A DNA stretch of 46,631 bases from Octopus bimaculoides (Eukaryota). Position 1 is the stretch's first letter. Each line of letters opens with the position of its first letter. Below are positions 26,412 to 38,693 of this stretch, one piece after another. The DNA is taken from NCBI RefSeq assembly GCF_001194135.2, contig NC_068995.1:18857331-18903961 (forward strand), given 5' to 3'. The translations under genes were made by a program, and so were the position numbers. The notes under the pieces were generated by a model. It did not search any database and was not told the origin of the DNA. It was given only the letters and a program-made list of their open reading frames with translations.

Positions 26412-27671
26412 GTGCGTGTGTGCTTGTACATCTGTGTGTTTGTGTCTATAAATTTATGAGACGGCATTAAAACGTCTCTTTTGCTTGGGACTTTGGATAG
26501 TGTACACTGGAGTGTAAGCTGCAGGGTTTCATATAGTACAGTTATAATTTCTCTCTGTCTCTGTCTCTGTCTTCCTCTCTCTATATATGCATATGTGTGT
26601 GTGTGTGTGTCTGTATATGTGTGTGTGTGTGTATGTGTGTGTGTGTACGGAGAGATACATACATATGGAAAAGAGAAAAGGAAAAAGAAACTGAAAAAAG
26701 AAAACAAGCAAATACATGCGTGTGTATGTGCGTGTATATGTGTGCGTGCGCGTATATGTTCGTTGAACACCATAAGCATAACATAAGTAGACAAACCCGA
26801 ATGTATAAAATTCAGAAAGAAAAAAAAAACATTTACAAAAGCATAAGTCGTATTGATAAGTATCAAGATTGAATTTAACCTTTGAACCCAGCGAAAGATC
26901 CTCCTCCTCGTTCAGGGAGAACCGTTGTAATTTTAGTCAATTTTACGCCAAAGAATATGGGCGAAGCATGGCAATGAGAGTTCTAGTACCCATGACAGAA
27001 AGAGTGAAGTAGTGCTTATCTAGGTGACCACTCTTCAGTGGGGCTCTTCTAGTTTAAACCGTGTATTCATGTAGAGTTGCAACCGTTTTTATCACTTAAA
27101 ACAACTATATAATTCTTCATCGATGACCCATAAAAATTTGATACAAAATGTAGAAATTAAACATCATGAAATATATACTCATATTGTCATTTAAATAGAT
27201 CTATCAGAAACATGTATCAATTTGATATCCTTTGCAGAAGAATAGCTTTGTACTTGCATAATCTATAATACTAATCCTTAGAAAATAATGATATTTGACT
27301 GCTCCACTGCAAAGGATAAAGCATTTTTCCGATTCAGAAAAGTAGTGGAACATACAGCAATATATTCCTAGATACAATATTCCTGATTTTTAAAAAATGG
27401 TTTGGGTTAAGCAACAATAGTAGTTATACCGGCCATTCATTTCCAGCATTTATTTCAATGTAAAATAAACAAAAAATAAAACAAAAACGGAAAACGAAAA
27501 GGTACGCACAGACTTTGTTAAATCGGCTTTTAACCTTGTTCTACTTTAGGAAAAATCCTAACAGAAATATCATTTATCACACGATTAATAAAGCAGGTAA
27601 CATGCTATTAGATATTGCAAAACTTATTTTCGTATATAAAATAATCTTCTCAATAATAGCAATATCTAATA

Positions 27672-27731
<60 letters not shown>

Positions 27732-27918
27732 NNNNNNNNNNNNNNNNNNNNNNNNNNNNNNNNNNNNNNNNNNNNNNNNNNNNNNNNNNNNNNNNNNNNN
27801 NNNNNNNNNNNNNNNNNNNNNNNNNNNNNNNNNNNNNNNNNNNNNNNNNNNNNNNNNNNNNNNNNNNNNNNNNNNNNNNNNNNNNNNNNNNNNNNNNNNN
27901 NNNNNNNNNNNNNNNNNN

Positions 27919-27967
<49 letters not shown>

Positions 27968-28763
27968 TGCATGCGTGTATTTATATATGATTATATGAGA
28001 TATAGAACGTAGATTGAAAAGCAAATAAGAAACGCAAGTTGGAACGAAGCAGCAAATAAACACATGTGTTCAATAAAGTTTTAAGATCCTGCTCATAATC
28101 GACGTATACGAATATATTGCTATGAAATTGTAATGATGTAAAAAGGGTAGCAACTGATTTATAAGTAGGAAGATGAAAACGTTGAAACAGTAAAATACAT
28201 GCCAGATAAATAGTTGAATATGAATGGGAATAACATATATATAGTTATACACGTAAACAAACATACTTATATACAGCTGTCATGTTTTTCACATTTTAGA
28301 TATCTGCTCCTACTTTTCTTTATTTTTTTCCCTCTTTATCATTCATTCATTTGATCATATTACATTTCTAATCCCCTTTATCCATTGTGGACCGCTATTA
28401 GTCCGCATTCTAACTCTCTTGCAAGCAATTTAATCTTCTTCCCTCACTCTTTCTACACTGTCTCACTTATTTCCACGTCTCCTTGCTTAATATTTCGGTT
28501 CAACCTTTATTTCTCTTTCACTCATCCTCATCCTCAGTCAGCTAGTTTTATATGGACATCTTTCTGTCTTTTTCGTTCCTTATTGCTAATCGTTTCTACA
28601 CAGACACAGAGGCGAAATCTAAGAAAATAATAGGAAAATGTCCTTTTTAAGACGTGATTATGATTTACCGATTTAAATAAACTATATGCAAATGTGTATG
28701 CCTATCTGATTCTCAGTAAATAATGATATATAATTATGAATTGAGAGATATATATACACATAT

Positions 28764-29782
28764 CAATGGGTTGGACAAAATAATGGAAACACCGAGAATC
28801 ATAGCATCATAATTTTGAAATATCTATAAAACCGTGTAAAGGTTGTTTATTTTTACGCTTTTTGATTTATTATTAGTGTTGCCTAATACGTTTTCCGAAA
28901 ATCGGTGTTCCTTTTTCAGATTAAATTCATTAAAATGACAGATCTATAGGACTTTCAAAGTGGTCAAATTGTTGGTGCTCGTATGGCAGGCGCTAGCGTA
29001 ACAGCCGAAATGTTTAGTGCATGAAGATGTACTATATCGAACGTAATGACTGCCTTTGGGAAAGTGGGAAAAACCTCTTCGTCGAAACAAAACTCATTTC
29101 CACAAAAACAGTTCACGGAAGGCTGCAATCAGAAAAACACTACTTTCAAAATGAAACTTTGCAAAGCGTTTAGAGTGGAGTAAAAGCCTACGGAACAGGT
29201 CCCTAAAGCAGTAGAACAATGTTTTTTTCTCGTCTCGGTCGAGTCATCATTTACCTCATTTCCGACCACCGGCCGAGTATACGTGTGAAGACAGCCAAAA
29301 GAAGCATTTAACGCAGACTGACTTTTTCCAACTGTTAAACGTGGAGGAAGATGTGTGATGATCTGGGTGGGCTATATCTTGGAAATCCGCCGGCCCAATT
29401 GTTTTCCTTCATGGCAGAGTTTATAGTCAAGACTATTCTATTTAATCATTTATCTGATCTGATTCATCCTATGGTTGCGGAACTTTTTCCGGAGAGAGAC
29501 GCAATCTTTGAGGATGATAATGCACCAATTCACACAGCTAAAGTTGCTACTGAATGGCACGGGTAACATTCTAGTGAAGATGAACATCTTTTCTGGCCAC
29601 CACAGTCCCCAGATCTCAGTATTATTGAACATTTATTGTGCATGTTAGAAAAACATGTAAGGCGTCAATATCCGCCACCATTATCACTACAAGAACTGGA
29701 AACTGTTTTAGCTGAAGAATGGACAAATATTCCTTTGGAAACATTTCAAACTTTGTACGAGTCCATACCTCATACAATTCAA
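28764..29782 (+). mobile_element. Tc1/mariner transposon relic with DD36E spacing (Incomer-like); putative left TIR present, right end missing
   Basis: Putative TIR GGGTTGGACAAAATAATGGAAACACC. From 28935: MTDL*DFQSGQIVGARMAGASV...SVESSFTSFPTTGRVYV*RQPKEAF...PTVKRGGRCVMIW...AIFEDDNAPIHTAKVATEWHG*HSSEDEHLFWPPQSPDLSIIEH...QELETVLAEEWTNIPLETFQTLYESIP. 36 residues lie between the second D and E. Stops, deletions and a D-to-V change at the first catalytic Asp. Confidence 0.93.
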
Positions 29783-30332
29783 GCATTTTCCTTTCTAAGT
29801 GTTCATGCATACTGGTTAAAGCTTGGAGCCACTGTCACACCACTCTTCAAATTTTTGTTAAAATCTTTCACTGGTTCTTTTATTCTACCACTTTAAAACT
29901 TCGAAACCCAGTCAAATATCAAAAAACTATTTCACCTTTATTTTATACCCATTCATATTCTCGCTGATGAATTTCATTGTAGATATATCAATTACATGCG
30001 TGATCTCTGATTGTGAAGCATCGTGTCCTGGGATAGTCTATTAACTGGGACGTAACACCATAGATTCTATTCAACATAGTTATGATGAGGATAGGCAGAG
30101 CGTGGTGTAACCGGTAACGCAGTTCTCGCGATACTGTCGATACAGTTTTCAATACAATAGAAAGGCTTTTTCTGACATTAATTCATGTCTATAATGTTTT
30201 ATATGCATATATGTTTATCTATTATAGTATGCGTCTTTACTAAGAAGGAAAGAGATGTTGAAAAGCGAAGATGTTTCTGTAATATCCTTTTATCTCTTCT
30301 AATATTACACATCATACTCACACTATATTTAT

Positions 30333-30384
<52 letters not shown>

Positions 30385-30858
30385 TCATACATATAGTTAC
30401 ACACACAACCTCTCGTACACACATAAATATTTGATTCTCCTCTATTTGATAATTTAGTTTAGTTGGTAAATTAACGGAACCATTCTGCAATAATAGCAGA
30501 AAATAATGATATAATAATCTGCTTCCTTTTTGTCTTTTAGTTTTATCTCCGAATAGTTCCATATAACACGTAGAAGACAAAAGAAAACGTTACAGATCCT
30601 AGCCGAAAATATCTTGAAAATTCCTTCTATGATGAATTCAGACAAATGCCACGCTACTGATAACTAACCTTTACGATTCACTAAACACAATAAATATTCT
30701 GGAAATTGTTATTTCCCCCACAATAGAGAAATACAAACGTTGATACTTTAATACCTACACACGCATGCGTGTGAACGCACATTTCGCAATCACACGAACA
30801 TCTACACATAAAACACATCCATATGAATTTAAAGTACGCAAACACACACATATACGGG

Positions 30859-30914
<56 letters not shown>

Positions 30915-31950
30915 NNNNNNNNNNNNNNNNNNNNNNNNNNNNNNNNNNNNNNNNNNNNNNNNNNNNNNNNNNNNNNNNNNNNNNNNNNNNNNNNNNNNNN
31001 NNNNNNNNNNNNNNNNNNNNNNNNNNNNNNNNNNNNNNNNNNNNNNNNNNNNNNNNNNNNNNNNNNNNNNNNNNNNNNNNNNNNNNNNNNNNNNNNNNNN
31101 NNNNNNNNNNNNNNNNNNNNNNNNNNNNNNNNNNNNNNNNNNNNNNNNNNNNNNNNNNNNNNNNNNNNNNNNNNNNNNNNNNNNNNNNNNNNNNNNNNNN
31201 NNNNNNNNNNNNNNNNNNNNNNNNNNNNNNNNNNNNNNNNNNNNNNNNNNNNNNNNNNNNNNNNNNNNNNNNNNNNNNNNNNNNNNNNNNNNNNNNNNNN
31301 NNNNNNNNNNNNNNNNNNNNNNNNNNNNNNNNNNNNNNNNTATATATATATATATATGCATACATATGAGTGAGAAGAACCAAACGTGTGTTACTTTGAG
31401 TGTCCATCGAAAACCTTTTTGTTTGTTGATGAAATTGATAATCAGCGTTCTTATTAAATCGAAGTCTGCTGCATTAGCTTCACCATTTCACTCATCAATA
31501 TTTCTGATGTTCTAACGTGAAACTGTACATTATCACGTACATATCAAGTATTTTCCACTTTCCTACGTCATATTTATACATTTTATCCTATTTCATGTAC
31601 ATTACAGCATTTCACACGTCACCAGTTCAATATTGTCTCCAACTTAACAGATGCTTTCAACTATCTTTCTGCCCTACCTCTCTGTAATAAATACTATTTG
31701 TTTTCAAATGCACATGCATGCAAGCACGAATCAACGCTTTCATACACACATTCACAGACACATATTCATACAGCACGCATATATGTATATGTGTGACGCA
31801 TATACATATGTGTGTCGGTTTATATATAAGGGTTTATTTGGATATATATTTATGTATTGTTCAAGTGTAACTCTTTATCTGTCTTTGAATTTAATTATTT
31901 CCATTGGAAATAGGGGAGAGACAACGTGATATATCTATAACATCGCACGT

Positions 31951-32001
<51 letters not shown>

Positions 32002-32139
32002 NNNNNNNNNNNNNNNNNNNNNNNNNNNNNNNNNNNNNNNNNNNNNNNNNNNNNNNNNNNNNNNNNNNNNNNNNNNNNNNNNNNNNNNNNNNNNNNNNNN
32101 NNNNNNNNNNNNNNNNNNNNNNNNNNNNNNNNNNNNNNN

Positions 32140-32173
<34 letters not shown>

Positions 32174-33571
32174 ATACATACACGCACAAACTTACAGACT
32201 ATCGATGGGTTATGCATATATAAACTCACACACGCATACACATACGTCCATATCCACTGTACGGGTTAGTGAACAGTTATATTATAAAAACAGTTTTTCT
32301 TTTAACGTATTATGGTTATTTAGATAAAGATGATAACAGCATATTGAGAATCACTGCGTTGTTCATAATTCGTATTTCCTAAAGCATCATTGATAACGTT
32401 CATTCTTTTATAATTCTTTGTGTTATAATCCTTCTAGAACTTGCCGTTCATCTTCAAAAATATATCTAATGTTTTGTTTTTATTGTAATATAGAATTATG
32501 ATTATACGTTTAATTATGCTTGTTTTCTGCTGGAATCGGCAACGACGACGTCCACGCGAACCATTAATGCAGCTTTGACTGAGTTGCTTTAAAGCCAAAT
32601 ATTCTACTATTTTTCAAATCTAAAAAATGCTACGCTATATATTGTAGTTTAAACTGCATCTTTAACGAAAGAATATTTATAGAGGTGGTAGTACATTTTA
32701 CATATGTCTGCTGGATCGAGGCTGAGTAAGATTAAAAATGAGAAACGGCGCCTTGAACAAGAGTTATAAATCTGACAAGGAGCGAAACTCACTTTTGAAG
32801 TTTACAAACTTCTTAGAATTTCCCATATATAGCTCATTTACAAGTTTTGCTATCAAATAAGCATACTTCTTTCATGACACACAACATTACATATTATATT
32901 CCCAAAAGACATTATTTTCGTAAATCTCAGAGACATTATCAGTGAAATACCTGTTTCAAGTTGAAATAAAAGCTTTTATGACCATTTATTATAAAAATAA
33001 GAAAACCATGTCTAAATTATATACCATCTTCCATGCATTTAATATGTAATTTTTGGTATATATATATATATATAAACTAGAACGTATAATTTTCACGTTC
33101 ATATTTGAACTTTTGCGTTTCAATAATTTTTATCTGTTTTTAATTCATTCTCGAATTTGATGGACTTATAGAGGTACGTAAGCCGCCTCAGAGAATCTCT
33201 AGTGATACTTTTTATTGATGTACCCGAAGAGACCCAGAACTGGTTGGAACATGTGTTGTACCCAATAAAATCTTTTATTCATGCCATCTATTTTATTAAT
33301 ACTGTTACCCCAACCGTCACTACGAAGTTCCTGCAATAAATCTACGGATAAGTACAGGTAATCGAAACTGTGCCTCTGCTTTACTCATCATCTATTTAGA
33401 CATTTTGAATAATTTCTCTATCCTACACTCACACACGCACACACACACGCGCACATACACACACACACACATATATATATTAGTATGTATATGTATATGT
33501 GTTTGTATGTGTATGTATGTATGTGTATGTGTATGTGTATGTATATGTGTGTGTGTCTTCACCTCTGATTC

Positions 33572-33697
33572 ACAACCGTTTTTGGTGTGTTTACGCCCCT
33601 CTTAACTTATAGAATAAAGAGCAGGTTTAAACAAAAATAAAGTGAGATCCGGAGTCGATTTATTCGACTAAATTTCTTCAAGCCGGTGCCCAAGCAT
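33572..33697 (+). mobile_element. SINE family A, 3' half fragment
   Basis: ACAACCGTTTTTGGTGTGTTTACGCCCC...GGAGTCGATTTATTCGACTAAA...CCGGTGCCCAAGCATG matches the reverse complement of 60-200. Confidence 0.65.
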
Positions 33698-35139
33698 GAT
33701 ATTAATTTAATGTTGAAATCGGTAAATGATATTCTATGCATATTCTGTCTATTCCATTATTTCAGATTGATACTTCTAATCCTGATAAATTTAACAATAA
33801 ATGTTTATCCCCCTTGTTCTACATGTCCTATCGGAAAATCCGTAGTTTTAGCGTCTTATGTGAGTAAATATGTTCATGTTAAAGATGACTGATTTTCGTT
33901 TATGAAGTTTCTTATAAGAAGTTTCATATAAGATGTTTCTCGCATTTCATATTAGCAAGGTGTTCTTTCACTAGGCCCTAAAGATCTTTCCTTTATATGT
34001 GATATGAGAATCTATCCCTGGGTGGAAGCTTGACGCAATGGTAAGTTCACTTACACACATACGAAAAAGCACCAAGATATGTTAATTTAAAGTTGACGAA
34101 TCTCTTACTTACCCCTCGGGACTTGTTTACGCTCGTTTATTATACGTATTTCTATGTATATGTATGTCATTATTAAATTTTATTTCAAGATATCTTGCCA
34201 ATAGAGAAACATTCGGTTTCTAAACAAGATCCATAGCTCCTTCATTGGAATTTCAACATCAGCAAGAAGGTATTTTTGTTTGTATGTATGTATGCATGTA
34301 TGTACGCGAGCAGATTGGCATAATTTGCTTTATGTACGTCTTCTCATGCATATACTTACATATCTAGACATGCTCATATACACTTAAATGATAAAGTTCT
34401 AGGAAATTTTTATGATATTTAGTATGTACTCGCATGTATGCATGTATGTATGTATGTATGTGTATATATATATGTATATATGTATGCATGTATGCATGAA
34501 TTTATGTATGCATCTATCAATCTCTGTCTCTCTCTTTCTCACTCTAAATACGTGCGTATGTGTGCGCGTGTATGTGTGTGTGAGTGTTTGTGTTTGTATA
34601 CATATGTGTATTGTCATGGGCCTGTGTTCGTGTCTATAGCTCATAGCTGAATAGTTAACAAGTTTCCTTCGAAAAGACAACATTATTGTCAACCTAAATC
34701 AAATACAAAACCTTGACTGGAATTGGAGAGACGAGATAGTCTAGGGACGATAGTCAGGTTGATAGACCAGTAATCCAGACGTCCAACGTTATCACACACT
34801 CTGTCTTATTGTTTCTGACAGACGTATATGTTAAATATTCGAAAACTTACGTGCTGTTTTAATGGGCAGCTAAATCAGTTGATAGAACGAGAGAGTCATC
34901 ATCGTAACAATTGGAGATCCATTTACATAAATTCTGTTTATTCTCGTAGGTGTGTGTAGGTGTTTGTTTGCGCTCGATTGGCTCTATATATTATTGACAG
35001 TTTTCATTTCCACGTATTATTTGTGATTATTAAGGCAATTTTTGTTAATTGGAAAATCCTCTACGATATAAATTTGGTGTGTAGACTAATCTACAGACAT
35101 TAAAATAAATATTTTCTTTTTCCATTCATAACAATGATA

Positions 35140-35215
35140 ATTTCTAACAGTGGCACAAGCAAACAATTTGCGAGGAGAAGGAGGTTATCGATTACTTTGA
35201 CTAAAGTATATGACT
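35140..35215 (-). mobile_element. SINE family B tail fragment
   Basis: TTTCTAACAGTGGCACAAGC...GGAGGTTATCGATTAC resembles the tails at 36341 and 38270. Confidence 0.4.
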
Positions 35216-36087
35216 AATAATTCTTCGGTTGGTCTCGCACACGCAATAATTCAGATTGTCTTCTTCTATCATCCCAAGGAATATGTAATGCAAAGTCAAC
35301 ACAGGAGATTTATGAAGTCAGACTAAAATGGAACGTGACTAAATATTATATAGCGAGACGCTCTCATAGTTTTGCCGTCCGCTGTTCTTCTCCTGAGGAC
35401 AATATTATCACTGTAAAAATAATAGGAATAAAATGAGATAGAAATTCATTTGGGACCCGTATCTCGGGATATATACGTTGTAGCTGGAAAACGAATATGA
35501 AGTAATAATAAAAGAAGTAATAACAATTATAGTAACAACAACAACAACGACATCAGGAGCAACAGCAACAATAATAAAGATGATACTAATGATTTCTTTT
35601 ATTTTAATAATAATGATGATGATGATAAGTTACATTGCCGAAAATTTCTGAGATTGAATTAGAAATTTAGGAGTTGTGATCGGGGAAATAACATCGTTGT
35701 GATTAACTGAAAAATACGAAAACATTGTGCATGCGTGTGTCTTTGTGTGTGTGGGTGTATTTATATGTATACTTATATGTATGTATGTAAGTATGTATCT
35801 ATGTAGGTATGCTTGTACAAAGTGTTTGAAGTGGTGTACAGATATTGTATGTTTAGAAAAATGAGGCAATCAGAATTTTGGATAATACTTTAACAGCGTT
35901 TTCGTTTGTTTTTCGAACTCGTCACCACAAAAGCAAAACCAAAATAGTAAAAAACGAACTTTTCTTTGTCTATTTATATGAATGAGATGTAGTTTATTTT
36001 GTTTAGAAAATGAAAATATTGTTTTTGTTTTTTGGATAAAAGGGGGAGAGAGAGAAAGAAAAGCAAAGAACGGGGAAATAGATAGAT

Positions 36088-36118
<31 letters not shown>

Positions 36119-36340
36119 AAGACAGAGAGAGTCTTCTTTTAAGTTTGAAATGGACACTTCACTGACGTTTCATGATAATAATAAGATCACTGAAATTTCA
36201 TGACAAAGCATTTTTCTTTCCTCTTCTTCCGATCTCTCATTTTTCTTTCCATTATACACCTATGAACATATCTGTAAATAGACTCATTTTCTCACAGGGG
36301 CCGAAAACTATTAATTTTTGAATAATAATAACGATAATCC

Positions 36341-36478
36341 TTTCTACTAACAACAAACGGCATGAAATTTGGTGAGGGGGATAGTTAATTACATCGATCC
36401 CCAGTACTTAACTGGGACAACTGGTACTTAATTTATCGACCCCGAAAGGATGAAAGGTAAAGTTGACCTGGGTGAAAT
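36341..36478 (-). mobile_element. SINE family B, 3' part
   Basis: GGTACTTAATTTATCGACCCCGAAAGGATGAAAGGTAAAGTTGACC is the reverse complement of the family B core. Confidence 0.82.
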
Positions 36479-36869
36479 AATAATAATAATGATAAGCATT
36501 GTTGCTGTGAATTTTCTTTCCTTAGCCCATTATTTTCTGTTTTCCATTAATTTTTCTTTTTCTTCCCTTCTTTCCTCTATCATTCTACCCTTATTTTTCT
36601 ATGCCACGTGACTTTGTAAATGAAAAGTCTGATGTGTATATTTTAATGGCCTACAAAAGTATAAAGTTAGTGTATTTGCCCTAGGTGTTGGTAAAACAAT
36701 TAGTAAGAAATTTAAACAAAATTGAATAAAAATAATAAAAATAATGCTGAATATAAGAAGCAGGAATAAGCGATCAATACTTAAGCCATACCGCTCGTGA
36801 CTTACAGTTTCAATATTATTAACTGGTCAATTACTGAAATCTCTAAACTTGAGAGAAAAATACGAAAGT

Positions 36870-37972
36870 TATTGACAATGCATAGACTGCACCACTTTAA
36901 GAGAAGAGGGTGGCCGTGAAATGTTACAACTGGAATTAACAATGAAGATTGCCACAGAAAGAAAGACTGTATAAACGATATACACTGAAACACAAGGGAC
37001 ATATGCATAGCATACAAAGGTTTTAGAAAAAAGCGGCGGGGAAGATGATAGAGAAGTGGCCCTCCTAATGCAGGAAGGCCTCTAGGGATAATCGAGGAAC
37101 CCCACTGTACGAGATTTCCCTGAAACCCCAGGAGCAAGCGCCCACTCCAATTATTTATCTCCGACTCACAAGTTTACATTTAGAGTGGTACCATCAACTG
37201 TAGCCATTTTCGTGATTTTCACCCACCTTTCAATAAACTCACTCGTGGTCAGCACATCCCTCTGTACTCTCAATCTCCTTTACAAGTGAAACTTGACGAA
37301 GTCAATGGGAGCTCTAACAGATAGGTATGTATCTATTCTCATGCATTCCAGCCTTGTCCTCCAAACAACGTTCACCAAAGCCATCAGGCAAAGGAAAACT
37401 GCCTTGCTTGCCCGATTGAAGGACAGTGGCGTTGCAATCATCACTACAGACTCAACCGACAGACGGATCCGTCCCACACGTAACAACAGCTGTTCCACAT
37501 AACCTCACAAGAAAGTAATACCCGGACATTGAACGAGTGTGTGCAGAACGGTTTCGTCACTCTGCACGCACCTCGGACAAGACCGTCTGATAGCACATCC
37601 GTTCCTGTAAAGTTTATCTCGAACCGGTAGCGCCCCGTCACCCGGTAACCCAGCCGGGCCAAGGATATCTAGAAATTATCCATGATGGTCCCCGACCAGA
37701 AAGTCCTCGGGAACAGACTAGTCAGTTCTTTCTCTTCGGAGCTCAGAGTCTCCCTGGGAACACCTTCGCAGTTCCCCGCCACTAATCTTCTGTACATTTC
37801 TAAAGCGGAACATCCATCAATCCCATTGCCCGACTGGTATAGGGTTGTTAGTGCCTGACGACATTCTACGTGCCAAGTCCCCAGTTTCGGTCTTTTCTTC
37901 ACCCAGGACTGCAGCTTTGTCAAGGTGACGAGCTGCGGAAAGAGAAGCCACACAAACGGCGCCCACACACGC
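36870..37972 (-). mobile_element. L1/Tx1-clade LINE, 5'-truncated ORF2 C-terminus plus 3' UTR
   Basis: WAPFVWLLFPQLVTLTKLQSWVKKRPKLGTWHVECRQAL...GALPVRDKLYRNGCAIRRSCPRCVQSDETVLHTLVQCPGI...SEFIERWVKI...VNL* (stop 37166-37168). Intact C-X2-C-X8-H-X4-C at 37526-37579. The 3' UTR boundary is approximate. Confidence 0.88.
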
Positions 37973-38000
37973 TAATAATAATAATCATAATGATAATCAC

Positions 38001-38184
38001 TTCTACAGTAGGCTAAATGCCTGAAATTTGGGTGAAAAGATTAAGTCGATTACTCAGCTGATATTTATTTAATCGAACCCGAAAGGCAAAGTCGATTTAG
38101 GTGGATTTTGAAATCAGAATGTAGCGACAGACAAAATACCGCTAAGCATTTAGGTCGGTGTGCTAACGATTCTGCCAGGGCACC

Positions 38185-38185
<1 letters not shown>
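38001..38185 (-). mobile_element. SINE family B
   Basis: CCGAAAGGCAAAGTCGA...AATACCGCTAAGCATTT...GTGCTAACGATTCTGCCAG. Confidence 0.85.

Positions 38186-38266
<81 letters not shown>
38185..38266. repeat. (GAT)n microsatellite
   Basis: Perfect trinucleotide run. Confidence 0.97.
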
Positions 38267-38268
<2 letters not shown>

Positions 38269-38269
38269 C

Positions 38270-38465
38270 CTCTCTACTAAAGGCACAAAACCTGACATTG
38301 TGGGGGAGGGGACAAGTCGAATACATCGACCCCAGCGTTTCACTCGTACTTAATATATTGACCCCGAAAGGATGAATGACAAAGTCGACCACCGTGGAAT
38401 TTGAACTCAGAACGTTAAGACGGACGAAAAACCGCTAAACATTTTGTCCAGCGTCCTAATTCTTT
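38270..38465 (-). mobile_element. SINE family B
   Basis: GACCCCGAAAGGATGAATGACAAAGTCGACCACCGTGGAATTTGAACTCAGAACGTTAAGACGGACGAAA. Confidence 0.87.
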
Positions 38466-38615
38466 CTAACTTTGGCACAAAGCCATCAATTTTAAATTCA
38501 GTGGAGTAGTTTGAATATAACAAACCCTATATTACTTATATTCAAAATATGAAAGGCAAAGTCGGCCTCGACGGAATTTGAACTGGCAACATAAAGAACC
38601 AGAACAAACACCGAA
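38466..38615 (-). mobile_element. SINE family B, degenerate tandem copy
   Basis: ATGAAAGGCAAAGTCGGCCTCGACGGAATTTGAACT core. Confidence 0.65.
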
Positions 38616-38625
38616 AAGTTGAATT

Positions 38626-38693
38626 ATATATACATAAGCAAATATATACATAAGCAAATATATACATAAGCAAATATATACATAAGCAAATAT
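38626..38693. repeat. 16-bp minisatellite (ATATATACATAAGCAA) x 4.25
   Basis: Four perfect units at 38626, 38642, 38658 and 38674, plus ATAT. Confidence 0.97.

Noticed and set aside
27226-27318. 12-bp perfect inverted repeat TATCCTTTGCAG/CTGCAAAGGATA
   Set aside because: Roughly expected by chance in this much AT-rich sequence.
33901-33928. 28-nt near-palindrome TATGAAGTTTCTTATAAGAAGTTTCATA
   Set aside because: Very AT-rich, loopless and partly explained by a local GAAGTTTC duplication; no supporting context.
33975-34040. Splice-bounded 66-nt segment GPKDLSFICDMRIYPWVEA*RN with a GTAAGT donor
   Set aside because: All three frames contain a stop; there is no SECIS evidence for Sec recoding. 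The shared AATG|GTRAGT ending with 9182 and 40021 is unexplained but may be chance.
36760-36800. U2 snRNA target site beside the L1/Tx1 copy (as for Keno elements)
   Set aside because: Only ATCGCTT matches; not a recognisable U2 sequence.
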